From Paraspadella gotoi (Eukaryota; Animalia; Chaetognatha): DNA of 64,000 bases. The DNA is taken from positions 2,725,583-2,789,582 of the forward strand of contig CM119263.1 of assembly GCA_051294375.1 (NCBI GenBank), written 5' to 3'. The notes below the pieces were generated by a model. It saw only the letters and a list, made by a program, of their open reading frames with translations, ran no database searches and was not told where the DNA came from. Every line of letters begins with the position of its first letter. Within the stretch, counting starts at the first letter, position 1. The position numbers and the translations under genes were made by a program. Positions 12,897 to 26,900 of the stretch are shown here, piece by piece.

Positions 12897-12921
12897 NNNN
12901 NNNNNNNNNNNNNNNNNNNNN

Positions 12922-14987
12922 AAATAAAAGAGATGAATTGAGAGAATAATACTTTAATAGTTTGAAAAAATTTTTGTTTGTCTTCGTCTTTTTAATTATT
13001 GAAAGTTTAGGAATATTTACCTCGATTTATTTGGATGAGCTGAGCGGTGTCAAAAGTCACATCACAGTCACAATGACAAGTGGACATTCACAGTCACAAG
13101 TCGATGCTAGAAATATTCTGATTGGGGGGAAAAAAAAAATTAAAAAAATTTGAAAAACGACGAAAAAATAACGAAGACGATGACGACGACGATGGCGACA
13201 ACAACGTGGACGAAAACAATCTTGTGAACTACACAGACAGACGCGAAGCTATGAAATACCGGGAGGCAAGACGGACCAGAAAAACTGGGAAACAAAGAGA
13301 ATTAACTGCAGAGCGAGGAGAGAGAGAGGAGAGAGAAGAAGAGAGAGAGAGAGAGGAGAAGAGAGAGAGAGAGAGAGAACGGGCTTGGTCGAGAAAGATT
13401 CAGAGAAGCGAATCTGTGGGGAGGGTTATTTCTCGGTTATGGGGTAGAGATTGCCTTGAAGGAAAAAGGAAAAGGAAAAAAAAGAGGAAACAAAAGGAGA
13501 AAAGTTGCACACAAAAATTGGCTCCATTTTGCGGTCATGAGTCATTTATCGTCTTTATTTCGTTGTACAACCTGATCCTCGGTTATCTATACCCAATACC
13601 TCTTCTCTTCTCATATTCAATGCATCATAAAAGCCGAAAACTTGGCATTATTCTCTCTCTCGCTCTCTCGATCAGCTCTCCTTCTCTCTCACTCTCTTTA
13701 CTCTTCTCTACTCTCTCTCTCTCTCTCTCTCGGTCTCTACATTCAATCCATCATAAATAGCCGAAAACTTGATTCCGTTGCTCATAAACTTTTTAATTGA
13801 CGGCAAACTCTACTCGGAAAGTGAAAGTGAAAAGATGAATGAAAACTGGAAGAGTGTAACTATGAGGTACTTATTACCCATGGCGACGACGTGACGACGA
13901 CGACGAATGACGCTGACAGACGCTTAAAACACAGAGCTGAGGACGACGACAGCAAAAAGGACACGACGACGACGACGACGCGACGACCGGCGAAAACTGC
14001 ATCTAACGGCGGCCATAACACTCGTGTTCAAGACCTGAATATTATTGAGGCCTACGGTCGTTCTTGCCGTCTCACCGCCAGATGCCGGTTCATAGGCTTC
14101 CGCAGCGGCCCACCGCTCGCCGCTCGCCGGATGACAGGCACCTCGGAGCGCTTTATAGTCGGAGAGTGCTCGCCTTAAACCTGCCTGAATTCTGCTGACG
14201 GCCGCTTGACGCTTGAATGAGGCCGCATGTCTCCGCCACGACCGCCTGACGTGCCGCAAAACGCTCTCGCCGTTTGATCCGGCCAGCCCGCCCCCGACAC
14301 CGCCTGAGCGCCGCTTGACGCCGATGAGTCTCATACTAATCTAGTATTAAAAGCCAGCGGTATGCAGGCCTTCGGAGATGCTATTTTCATCGCCTGTTCG
14401 TGGCGTCATTGAACAGTTAATTTCCCTGGTCTCAACGACTCAGGCTTTATTCTTGCGCTCTTGGCCTAGCACGTCCCTGCCTGAAAAGAAGTTGATGTCT
14501 AATGAGAAAATACCTGACTGTTTCATTGAGATGGATTTAGGAAGAAAAAATGAGGGAAAGGTTTATAAGAAGAGATGAGGTTTTGTGGAAAGTAATAAAA
14601 AGGCTAGGAATATGTAGTTTGGAGTACAAAGTGGAAGATTACGGGAGAGATAGTAAGTAATAAAGTAGTAAGTATAAATAGTTTTCAAAGGATAAAGTTA
14701 AAGTAATGAAAAATATCGAATGAGTCGTTTACCTTTCAGGACAGTGCATTTAGCCACGCCTTAATTTAACTTAGCTTTGGCTCAAAGTCATAATTATATT
14801 AATTATATAGTTAATAAATCATTCATTTATAAATATATCCTCAGGATCTGAAGTTCCGGCCCAATCCGAGAGAGAGAGAAACAAAAGAACGAAATGACAG
14901 GTGAGTCGTTAAAATTTTTAACACGTCGTACCAGACGATTTCATGGGAGAGAATGGACCAGAGAGAGAAGAGAGAGAGAGGAGAGAG

Positions 14988-15000
<13 letters not shown>
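12922..15000 (+). other. Indel-rich direct duplicate of ~3900-6100 (probable gap-fill artefact)
   Basis: Colinear with 3900-6100 but with frequent single-base indels; starts directly after a 25-N gap. Confidence 0.85.
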
Positions 15001-15019
<19 letters not shown>

Positions 15020-15027
15020 GAGAGAGT

Positions 15028-15062
<35 letters not shown>

Positions 15063-15079
15063 GAGAGAGAGAGAAAGAG

Positions 15080-16087
15080 AACCGAAGCCGAGATCCCAAT
15101 AAGAAAGAAACGAGAGGAACGGGGAGAACGAGCACCTGACGCACTGGATTAGAGCCAAGTGAGGAAGTGTTAAATAGAAAATAGCCCCGATTAAAACCCT
15201 CCTTAAAGAGAGAAAGAAAATACCGGATGGACAGCGACGAGAACTAGAGACCCGAGAAAATGAAAGAGAGAAAGAAAAACGAAAAAACGAAGTAAGAAAG
15301 AAAGCAAAGAAAGAAAGGAAAGAAAAGTAGAAAGAAAGAAAGAAAGAGAAGAAGAGATCGAAAAAGAGATAACAGACAAGATATAGTAAGTGGTGTCTGG
15401 AACAGCTGATAAAACCGGAAGATTCAGCTCACAAGAATGAAAAACGAAATAGAGCAAGCACGCAATACAGACAGCCAGAACGCGGCCACTAAGTAGAGCC
15501 GCTAAAACAAGATAACAAGAAAGAATAGAAAGGAAAAGAAAAAAAAAGGAAACTGCGACAAGAACCCAAGAAAAAACACACATAGAGATCATAAGAAAGA
15601 AAGAAGGTGTAAATCGACAGCAAACAAAAGGAGATAATAAGTCTAAGTGACGCGCAAGAAAAAAATTCGAAAAGTGACGAATCCGGTATTGAAACAAAAG
15701 TGAAAACGGATGCGATTATATAAAGCCAAGATGTCAAGTGTGGCAGTAAAATGATCCAAGAGAAATAAAAAAAGAGAAAATCAGAAGAAAGCAAAGAAAA
15801 ATAAAAAAGTAAACTTAAAGACGTTACAGAAGGCGCAATAAAAGAAAGAAAAGGTGTTTTTTTTTCCTTCTGGTTTTATTCTTCTCCGTCGTTCTCCTGA
15901 CTCAGAATCAGTAACCGTGAAGAAACAATCGTTCTCTTTTCTTTTTTCTTTTTTCTGCTTTTATTTTCATCTTTCTATCCTTCTTCTATTCTACTCTTCC
16001 CTAGTTTTTCTTATCATCTTTTTATACCCAAGATGCTCTTGGAGTTCGTGGACCTCGCGAGAGTCTCTCTCTCTCTCTTCTCTCTCT

Positions 16088-16145
<58 letters not shown>

Positions 16146-17860
16146 TCTCTCTCTTCTTCGTCATGTCGGGGGACTTCACACAACCTTATTCGCAACCTCT
16201 CTCTCTCTCTCATTATCTCTCCTCTCGTCTCTCTCACTCTCTCTCTCCTCTCTCTCTCCTCTCTTTCTCTCTCTCTCTCTCTCTCTCGTCTCTCTCCTCT
16301 CTCCTCTCTTCTCTTCCCTCTCTTCCCCCCCTCTCTTCTCGCTTCCTGTGCCCTCTTTCTTCGCTTTCAGCCCAAACTTCCACTTTTTTCCTTAATTTAT
16401 ATTTTTCGAAAAGTATCTACTTTGACGAAATGAGCTAAATTTCTGAAAATTTAAGCACTTTCGATAACACAGATTTATACTTAAATGCGGAGGCAGAAGA
16501 AATTCCTCGCTGCGTTGATAGATAATAGATGTATAGCAATTCGAGTTTTTTGTTATTGTATAGTAATAATTGATTAGACGATTATTAACCCCCGATTTTA
16601 ATTTTAAACAATATTTCGGTAATGCGTTTTATATAGGCATTTCGAAGTTTTAACTGAACAAAAAAATCATGGAATTTAATCTTTAAGTTTGCAAATTGAC
16701 CTTCGTCTATAAAACAGGAGCTTCTAATCTATTTTATTCAAAAACACTACTTTGAATTAATAAAAAGACGGATTTTTGAGCTTGTATGAAAGTTCATACC
16801 ATCAGGTTTATGTCGCCCTCAAAGCGCGCGAGAGGATAATAACCGGTCGGGAGGCAGGATTTAAAGATGGGCGGACGAGAAACTAGTTTTGACTGAAAAA
16901 GCGAAAGGATGAAGGAGTTTCATCGGGGGGAAATAAATAATTCCTCTTCGCTTAAGTAGGGACTCTTAGAGCAGAGAGATGAGAGACGAGCAGAGATGCG
17001 AGAAGAGAGAGAGACGAGGTCGAGACTCTCTAAGAGCCCTACTTAAGCGAAGAGGAATTATTTATTCCCCGCGATTAAACTCCTCATCCTTTCGCTTTTT
17101 CAGTAAAACTAGTTTCTCGTCCGCCATCTTTAAATCTCTCTCCTCCGACCGGTTATTACTCTCGTCGCCGCTTGAGGGCGACATAAACCTGATGTATGAC
17201 TTCATAAACTCAGAAAATCCGCTTTTTATTATTCAAAGATTTTTTTGAATAAATAAAGAAGCTCCTGTTTTATAGACGAAGTCAATTCTAACTTAAAGAT
17301 TAAATTCCATGATTTTTTTGTTCAGTTTAAAACTTCAAATGCTATATAAAACGATTACGAAAATTGTAAAATTAAAATCGGGTTAATAATCGTCTAATCA
17401 ATTATTTACTAACAAAAAACAAAAAACTCGATCTATACATCTATATCTATCAACGCGAGGAATTTCCTTCTGCCTCCGCATTTAATCATAATTCTGTTTA
17501 TCGAAGCTTAAATTTAAAATTAGCTCATTTCTCAAAAGATTCTTTTCGAAAAATTATAAAAAGGAAAAAAAGTGGAAGTTTGGCTGAAAAGCGAAGAAAG
17601 AAGGAAGCGAGAGAGAGGGGGGGAGAGAGANNNNNNNNNNNNNNNNNNNNNNNNNNNNNNNNNNNNNNNNNNNNNNNNNNNNNNNNNNNNNNNNNNNNNN
17701 NNNNNNNNNNNNNNNNNNNNNNNNNNNNNNNNNNNNNNNNNNNNNNNNNNNNNNNNNNNNNNNNNNNNNNNNNNNNNNNNNNNNNNNNNNNNNNNNNNNN
17801 NNNNNNNNNNNNNNNNNNNNNNNNNNNNNNNNNNNNNNNNNNNNNNNNNNNNNNNNNNNN

Positions 17861-17897
<37 letters not shown>

Positions 17898-18252
17898 ACG
17901 CAAAGAGATCTTGGGTAAAAATGAAGAAAAACTAAGGGAAGAAGAATAAAGAAGGAAATAAAAGAGAAAAATAAAAAGAAAAAAAGAAAAAAAGAAAAGA
18001 GACGATTTTTCTTCGTTACTCTGATCAGGAAACGCGAGAAGAATAAAACCAGAAGGAAAAAAAAACACCTTTTCTTTCTTTTATTTTCTTTAATTTCTTT
18101 TATTTTCTTTTCTTTCTTTTATTTTCTTTTTTATTCTCTTATCATTTTCTTGACATCTTCTTTTATAATCGTCGTTTCACTTTTGTTTAAATCCGATTTC
18201 ACTTTCGAATTTTTTTCTTCTTCATTTTCTCTTTTTGTTGCGTCGATTTAAC

Positions 18253-18314
<62 letters not shown>

Positions 18315-18509
18315 CTCTTCTCTCTTTCTTTCTTTCTTTCTTACTTTCTTTCTTTCTTTCTTTCTTTCTTTTTTTCTTTCTTTCTCTCTTTCTTTCTCTC
18401 TCTCTATCTCTCTTTCTCTATTTCTTTCTTCTCTTTAAGAGGTTTTATCGCTATTCTATTTTAACACCTTCTCACTCTTTCTTTCTTTTCTTATTGATCT
18501 CGGCTTCGT

Positions 18510-18511
<2 letters not shown>
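15080..18511. other. Fold-back inverted duplication, arms ~15080-16968 and ~17027-18511
   Basis: For example cgcttaagtagggactcttaga versus tctaagagccctacttaagcg; the ORF start FFFPSGFILL appears on both strands (15854+ and 18068-). The left arm is insertion-rich. Confidence 0.85.
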
Positions 18512-18543
<32 letters not shown>

Positions 18544-19302
18544 TTTCTCTCTTCCTCTCTCATCTCTCCTCTCTCTCTCTCGGTCTCCTCTATTCTTCTT
18601 ACACTGCATCTACTTGCCTCTCTCTCTCTTCTCTCTCTCTTCCTCTATCTCTCTCCTCTCTGCAATCTCTCGTCTCTCCCTCTCTCTTCTCTCTCTCTCT
18701 CTCACTCAATCTCTCCCATATTTAGTTATCTCCTCATATTTGCTTCGAATGCGATCGTCATCTCCTTTCTTCCCAGTTTCCAATTTCCTTCTGTGTTTCC
18801 CTTTCGACAACTTTTTTTGTGTTGAAGAAGAAGAGGAAGAGTATGATGAGGAGGAGGAGAAGGAGGAAGAGGAGTACGAGGACGTCCACCCTTATCTCTT
18901 TTTTAACGTTCACTGCTTTTTCTTGTTCAGCAACTCAAAAACGCTGCCCAGCTATCACAGTCTCACCGCCTAACGAAAGGCGATTCCTACCTTACATCAA
19001 ATATTCACCTCTTGATTGTGAAGTATGTATTGTTTGTGTTTATTGAAATAAAAGTAAAGTGATTAGACAAGCAGATAAACTGACAGACGAGATATACCGT
19101 CGCTCATAAGGGCATTCTGACTTATATTTAGAATGGGCTGCCGGGTTGCCGCTTGTGTCAGTCTACCCTTTGGGGACAGACAGACCAATAGTCTACATAC
19201 CAACCTTATGTACGAACCAACCCGCGTTCCAAAAGGAAAATTAAAATTTTCTCAGATGATTCTCGAAAAAAATTTGTAGACGACAAAAACAAAATTATAA
19301 CA

Positions 19303-19336
<34 letters not shown>

Positions 19337-19376
19337 CCCCTTCACCCCACCCCGCCCCCCAAACCCCTCTACTCAC

Positions 19377-19543
19377 CCCCAACGAATTCCCCCTATGAAG
19401 ATCCAGGGCGATGTCCTTGACGCTGCGTGATTTCTGCGAGGCACTGGAACCATCGTCTTTCCCTTGCCTGCAACTCGGTCGGGGGAGAAACTCGTGTAAT
19501 CCGACTTTGAGGTCTTGCAGTAAAAAAACAGTTTGATCACTTT
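19377..19543 (-). CDS. Internal coding exon of the glutaredoxin-fold gene (contains apparent indel errors)
   Basis: Ends at a gtgagt donor (19376-19371). Contains RTSPWIFIGG then, after a frame slip in a G-run, FVG-G, which joins in phase 1 to the 780-683 exon to give the TxP...IFIGG.FVGG-LD signature. Upstream frames give VIKLF, QDLKV, DYTSFS.DRV and QCLAEIT with small frameshifts. The acceptor is either cgacag (exon start 19543) or tgcaag (19513). Confidence 0.75.
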
Positions 19544-20703
19544 CTGTCGTTGCGGAACCGGTTTTTTTTTTTTTTTTGAAGGGGGGAGGTTGAATGGGGA
19601 GAGAGGTAGGGGGGGATGAAGGGGGGTTGGTAGGGGGGAGGTGATGGAGGAGGGGATGAGAGGGAAGGAGAGGAAGCGGAGTAAGGAGCGAAAGATAAAT
19701 AGTATGAGAAATAAAAAAGGATAGAAGGTGATTAGGAAAAGTTGGGAGGAAAAGAAGGTTAGGGAAAATGGGAAAGCGGAAAATGAAGTGAAGAAGCGAA
19801 AAATAAAATGAAGAAGAGGAAAATGAAGAAGCGAAAAATGAAATGAAGAAGCGGAGATTCCGAGCGAAGGAAGCGAAAGGAGGTCGAGTGAAGAACGAAA
19901 CGACGAGATCGTTGAACGGAGTGGAACGAAGAGTTTGGTTTGAGAGGAGTGACGAGTTGAATGAAGTGATGAAGTGACGCGAAGTGTTGACGGAAGTGAC
20001 GAGAGTGATGAATAAAGTGACGTGAAGTGATTGAGTTGAAGAAAGAATTGAAAACCAAAAAAAAAAAAAAAATATCGATCGTTGAGAGAATATATAATTT
20101 CATAATTAAATTCTTTTTAATTTAAAATAGAATGATAGTTGACTTTTTGATGGTTTTAGTTAAATATCATTATAAAGAATTAGATTCAAAGTAAAAACTC
20201 ATTCGCGAGAGGCTCAAAAGCTCCGTTGTCAACTTCGTTCCCTTCAACTAGCGACTCCTTTCTCATCTCCAGTGTTTACGGTGATCCATTACATACTTTT
20301 TTTTTCCTTTAATCTTGTTTACAACTCATTTCTCGGAAATGACTTCGCCGCTTCGGTCTCTCGCCCCTTATATATAAGGGGAGTCGGTCGAGACGGAAAA
20401 AAGTCAGGGATGGAGTGAAAAACTCGTCAATACTAATAAGTATCCTTTTGATATGAAAATAAATTTTTTTTAAAAAAATGTTATTAAATTTTGATGGTTT
20501 GTATTAATATTCTCTCTACGACCGAGGCCTTGTTCTCTACTCCACTGGACACTCTCATCTGAGAACGCTCTACTCTCTACTCTCTACTCTACTCTATTCT
20601 CTATTCTCTCCTCACTACTCTACTCTCTACTCTACTCTCTACTCTCTATCCATTCCCTCTCTTTTCTATGTATCTTCACTCTCTACGCATCATCCCGGAA
20701 TCC

Positions 20704-20827
<124 letters not shown>

Positions 20828-20983
20828 TTTTCCTTCAATACTCCTTCATTCTAATCTTCCCACCGTCCCTAAACTTTCACATCCCCGTATTTTCCGGCCG
20901 ATCTGTCGGCACCCTTCATCCAGCCGATCTCTCCCCCGACCGATCTCTCATCCGGCCGATCTTCCGGCCGAACTTCCGGCGAC

Positions 20984-21104
20984 CTTTGCTGTGCTGATTT
21001 CCATTGGCGAATACAACGACCGGAAACTCGAGCGTCTTTTCGCCGACGATCGTCTCTTCGGCGCTGAAGTCGCGTCGACGACAGAAGACGACGCCCACGC
21101 CCAT
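20984..21104 (-). CDS. First coding exon of the glutaredoxin-fold gene
   Basis: Acceptor ccctccttccag|gtccacgATG (exon begins 21111, ATG at 21104). Translates MGVGVVFCRRRDFSAEETIVGEKTLEFPVVVFANGNQHSK; PVVVF is the typical glutaredoxin beta-1 strand. The putative phase-1 donor (gtcgcc) is weak. Confidence 0.65.
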
Positions 21105-21688
21105 CGTGGACCTGGAAGGAGGGGGGGAATCAATCAATCAATCATTGGATCAATCGATCGATCAGTCAATCAATCGATCGATCGACCGTTCTATTAATTA
21201 AGCAATCAATCGTTCAATCAATAGCTTAACTCAAATCAATCATCTAATCAATGAATCAATGAATGAATGAATGAAATAATGAATGATAATAAATCAATCA
21301 ATCATCGATTATCTAATCAATCATTAGAAATTGTTGTGAGCTTTCATATAGGACTAATTAATTAACCTTAATTTACATGTTTAACTAACTTTTAATAACA
21401 TCAACATTATAGTTCGCATTAATTGACGTTAATTGGATCTTTTTGTTTTTTTCTCTTCTCATCTTCCCCTTTTTCTCTGTGGTCGCCTTTGATTCCTCCC
21501 AGCGACAAGCACTTGGCCAGAAATCGTTTGCCTTTGGCTGCAATTGTCCGGGGACCAAGAAACAGTCCCACGTGACCGGATACTGGGAGGCAGAGAGAGA
21601 GAGGAAGAGGGGGAGAGAGAGAGAGAGGGATAAAGAGAGTGAGAGAAAAACAGAGGGAGAGGGAGATGTAGAGACTGAGGGAGAGGGG

Positions 21689-21772
<84 letters not shown>

Positions 21773-23183
21773 TATATTGGCCGGGGCAGAGGATCCCCGG
21801 TGATTTGCAATGGAGAATTGAAAGTCACGAATTGACTGCAGGGGTCAGCGGTGACGCCGTTCGGACTTTCGCATTGGCCAAGCCTATTGCTTGTCCGCCA
21901 AGCACTATCCTCTTTCTCGTCCGCCAAGCAATATTCCGTTTTAAATCCACCAAGCCATTTTTTAAAATTCACTTTCCCTTCTACTTTTCCCTTTTAATTC
22001 GGACGGGAATAAATTCTCTCTTTATTTAGAAACGAGCAGCCAAGCAATATTTGCCAAGCGAAACTTCATTAGGATAATTGTGATAGCTTCGTCCGGGGCG
22101 GGTACCATGTCGTCTTTTATTGAGGCTAATGAGAACTCGCTCATGGTGTTGGCGAAGGAGCATTGCAAAAACGATGCAGCGGTGCCAACCGGTAATTGTT
22201 TAAAAACCGGAACTTACGGTGCTAGCAAGGAGCGAAGCGGAAGTGGCAGAAGGAATGGAATCGAATTGGATAATTGTACAAAGTGGCATTCATTTTTGTA
22301 AGGCGACAGATAAAAAAAACTTTGGTTTAAATTTATAAATAAAACAATACAAAAAAAGAATTCCAAATAAGTTTTTGCGACCGGCATTTGAACAGAGGGA
22401 GAAAATTTTTACTTCTCAGCGAGCATTGAAATTTTTAAAGAATTCGGCCGGCGATTTTATTAATTTTTTCCTTATTAATAATCAGTATCTCCACTACGGG
22501 TTAAGAGAGAAGAAAATCGGGTGCTTGCTTGGAAAGCTGCGGTGCTAGGAAATGCCGGTTCGTTTTTCCGGCCTTGGACGGCGTCTGAACCAAAAAATCT
22601 TTGGAAAAACGAAATGATGGGAATAGAAAGACAAAGAGGAAAGGAAAAGAAAGGAAAGGAAAAGAAAGGAAAGGAAAGGAAGGAAAGGAAAGGAAGAGAA
22701 GAGAAGAAGAGAAGAGAAGAGAAGAGAGAGAGAAAAGGAAAGGAAAGGAATAGGAAAGGAAGGAAGGAAAGGAAAGGAAAAGAAAAGGAAAAGAAAAAGA
22801 AGAAAAGAAAAGAAAAAGAAAGAGAAAAGAAGAAAAGAAAAGAAAGAAAAAGAAAAAGCAAAGCAAAGCAAAGCAAAGCAAAGCAAAGCAAAGAAAAGCA
22901 AAGCAAAGCAAAAAAAGTAATGGAAAAAGAAAGGAAATTAAAGGAAAGGAAAAGAAAAAAGAAAGGAAATTAAGGTAAATAAATTCCGAAGTTAAATTAA
23001 GAGGAATGAGTAAGAAGAAGCCAAGTCTGATTGTGGAATTCCTGGCGCCCGGAATGAAACGGGTTTCTTGGCCGGCCGATACGCCTGGCGCCTGATCCCT
23101 CGGCCGTCAAAGAATCAGGCGCTGGCGGAAGTGGAATGATGAACAATTATGGGGGAGGGCAACGAGGATGAGAGAGAGAGAGA

Positions 23184-23215
<32 letters not shown>

Positions 23216-23379
23216 CGATGAGAGAGATGGAGAAAGAGTGAGAGAGAGACTATCTTTATACACTTCGCCCTTGAGACTTGACTCTTGAGAGATTCTCCAT
23301 TTTTTGTGACATTGAATGTAAAATTTTTCTTTTTGATTCTTTAGAGAATCGGCTTGCCACAAACTGTGGCACAGTGGCT

Positions 23380-23610
23380 AATTATGCAAAAAAATTTTGA
23401 AATAAAACACTTTGAAAATCACTGTGCTAAAATTACAAAGGGGAAAAATTGCTAATCCATTGTGCTGAAATTACGAGAGGAAAAAATCGCTAAACCACTG
23501 TGCTAAAATTACAAGAGGAAAAAATTGCAAAGTCACTGTGCTGAAATTATAGGAATTATAGAAAAAAATGGCTAAGCCACTGTGCTAAAATTATGAGAGA
23601 AAAAATTGTT
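23380..23610. repeat. ~40-bp minisatellite (cactgtgctaaaattacaagaggaaaaaattgc)
   Basis: About five tandem units. Confidence 0.8.
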
Positions 23611-23814
23611 TCAAAAAAATAAGAATTGGTTTTTTTTGCTTTCAGAGTCGCGTTTTAGGTCATAGTGCGAAACGATGAGACGCAAACCAGAAATAGAGAC
23701 GACAGCGATTATGGTGCAATGAAAGGGCTTGAGTCGGGCGCCGTCGACACCATAGGCTATGATGCTATTATGGGTTAAGAGAGGCTAAAAAGGTGGTGAG
23801 AGGGAAGGGGAGGT

Positions 23815-24210
23815 TGGGTCGGGGTCAGGGTAAATTGGGGTTAGGGGGTGACGGGACATTGGGGTCAGGGGTGAATTGGAATTTGAGGGTACATGGGTTG
23901 ACATTGGGGTCAGGGTGAATTGGGGTTTATGGGGCGAGGGGACATTGGGTCAGGGTGAATTGGGGTTATGGGGCGAGGGACATTGGGGTCAGGGTGAATT
24001 GGGGTTTATGGGGCGAGGGAAAGACATTGGGGTCAGGGTGAATTGAATTTGGGGGACAGTGTTGACATTGGGGTCAGAGTGAATGGGTTATGGGGCGAGG
24101 GACATTGGGGTCGGGTGATTGGGGTTATGGGGCGAGGGGACATTGGGGTCAGGGTGAATTGGGGTTATGGGGCGAGGGGACATTGGGGTCAGGGTGAATT
24201 GGGGGTTAGG
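23815..24210. repeat. ~41-bp G-rich minisatellite (gacattggggtcagggtgaattggggttatggggcgaggg)
   Basis: About nine tandem units, each with up to five G-runs. Confidence 0.85.
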
Positions 24211-25689
24211 AAGGCGGGGGGGGAGACCTCGATTGGTGAAAGTAACGGGTTTTTGACGGCGTTGTGTTTCGGAAACTGTTTCTTCAATTACTGCGCTCTG
24301 TGCGAAACTGTAGGATTTAATAGTACAAAATATTGTTTTCTTTATGTCTTAAATAGTCCTGTTTCTCTCAAAAACAAATCATTTAAATTATAAAACATTA
24401 TCAACAAATAATTTATGTCTTTTGACTCTTTTTATATTTAAAATGAAAATATTTCACTCCTTTTAAAATTTAATGAAATATGAATTTAAACGGAGATAAA
24501 ATTTAAATAAGGAATTGAGAAATTCATACTAAATCGACATCTGTTCTCGACAGGAAGCGTTTTTAAACTCGTCCTCGTCACGCACCCGTAACCTCTTTCA
24601 ATTACGGAGTTCCGAGGTGACGCGTAGCGAAATTACGGTCGTTACGCAACAAAGTTACGGTTGCTAAGCGACGGCACCAGAGAAACGTCGGCAGCGACTA
24701 ACGATTATTACTTTAGAGACGCGAGTCGAAAGAGTAGAGATACAGAGAAGAGGGGGAACTGTGGTAGTTGAACGATTTTGTATGCAGTATGAAAGTTAAG
24801 AGGAGAAGGAAGTTTGCATAATGCCTATTCCATAATGTTCATAGTACAAAATAGATTATTGACGGGATTCTAAGGTTCCAAGTTAAAACTTTAAATTTTG
24901 GTAGCGAGGAAGAATTTATAATAAAACGAAATTTTGTAATTTTAAAATAAATTAACTGCTTTTTTATATGTAAGTATGACAGACCGAAATCTACTAAACT
25001 AAAATACCGACTTAAGTTCGGTTACGTCTATAGAATTAACGTTTATTTTCACACAAAAAGACAATTAATGGAAATCAGCATCAATAACTACATCACCGCA
25101 TAACCGCATCACCCCATCAAATCGTCCCCCAACCCCATCACTCACCGCCACCGCGAAAGAAAAGGGACGCGAGGAATCGTAACGTCGAACCGGGTGGGCG
25201 TGACCCTCGCTTAGTTGAGTGATAGCTCCTCCAGGGGCGCTGCCTGTCGCTTCCCGCAGTCACCGGCCCAAACCGGGCATCTCCGACGATTTCCAACAAA
25301 AGAGCAGCGAATTGGGAGATGTTTTACGAGGCGATAAAGACGCCGGCATCTGATTGGTGGGGAGAGAAGAGCGGGAAAATTTGAATGGGCGAATTAGGGT
25401 CGTAAAAAAGGGAGGAGAGAGAGAGAGAGAGAGAGAGAGANNNNNNNNNNNNNNNNNNNNNNNNNNNNNNNNNNNNNNNNNNNNNNNNNNNNNNNNNNNN
25501 NNNNNNNNNNNNNNNNNNNNNNNNNNNNNNNNNNNNNNNNNNNNNNNNNNNNNNNNNNNNNNNNNNNNNNNNNNNNNNNNNNNNNNNNNNNNNNNNNNNN
25601 NNNNNNNNNGAGAGAGTGCATTAGTATTAGGAAGCCGTCATCCCAGTCGCTTTGGTTGACAGTTTTATAGACGCGCCGATGTCGTAGCT

Positions 25690-25738
<49 letters not shown>

Positions 25739-26089
25739 GTTTTTCGATTTTGTGACATATTTTACGGATTTCGCAAAGACGAATCGAGAATCGGCATTTG
25801 CCGTGAAAATACGAAGTGCGGCGCGAGAAAATAGTTGAAAAAAGATTCAATTAAAAGAGGAGTAAGAAAGAATTGATAGAGAGATAAGTATTATCACTTT
25901 AGGAAAAGTGAAATTAAAATGTGAAGAAAAAATTGACAATCGAATTCACTGAAACAAATGAAGGAATTAAAGGTAAAGAAATAGTAAAAGGAAAAAGCGA
26001 CAAAAAGCAAAAGAAAAAAGAAAATGAAATAAAGAGAAGAGAGTGAAAAGAAAGAACCGAAAAGACGATGGAATCGAAAAAAAAAGAGA

Positions 26090-26659
26090 ACGAAAAGAAA
26101 AGAAAAGAAAAGAAAAGAAAAGAAAAGAAAGAAAAGAGAAAAGACAAAAGAAAAGAAAAGAAGAAAGGAAAAGAGAAGAAAAGAAAAGAAAGAAAATAAA
26201 AAGAAAAGAAAAAGAAAGAAAAAAAAAGAAAAAAGACAAAAAAGAAAAGAAAGAAAGAAAGGAAAAGAAAGAAAAGAAGAAAGGAAAAGAAAGAAAAGAA
26301 AAGAAAAGAAAAGAAAAGAAAAGAAAAGAAAAGAAAAGAAAAGAAAAGAAAAGAAAAGAAAAGAAAAAGAAGAGAAGAGAAGAAAAGAAAAGAAAGAAAA
26401 GCAAAGGAAAGAAAAGAAAAGAAAAGAAAAGAAAGAAAAGAAAAAAAAAAGAAGAAAAAGACAAAAAGAAAAAGAAAGAAAGAAAGAAAAGAAAAGAAAA
26501 GAAAAGAAAGAAAAGAAAGAAAAGAAAAGGAAAAAAAAGAAGAAAAGACAAAAAATAAAAGAAAAGAAAGAAAGGAAAAGAAAAGAAAGAAAGAAAGGAA
26601 AAGAAAGGAATAAAAGAAAAGAAAAGAAAAGAAAAGAAAAGAAAAGAAAAAAAAAGAAA
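26090..26659. repeat. (AAAAG)n polypurine array
   Basis: Direct reading; shares a distinctive interrupted block with ~31305-31390. Confidence 0.9.
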
Positions 26660-26867
26660 NNNNNNNNNNNNNNNNNNNNNNNNNCGACACACACCACAAC
26701 GAGGAGGAAGAGGAACAAAGGATAAGAGAAGGGGAAGGACGGTCTTTTGACCCAAAAAATCAATCACCGACCGACAACGAGTTGACAATGGGAGGAAAAT
26801 TAAAAAAATAAAAAAGAGAGCAGGAGAGAGTAAGAGAGAGAGAGAGAAAGAGAGAGAGAAAAGAAGA

Positions 26868-26900
<33 letters not shown>

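Noticed and set aside
16969-17026. Sequencing-adapter remnant at the fold-back centre
   Set aside because: The sequence is a degenerate GA tract and I could not match it to an adapter.
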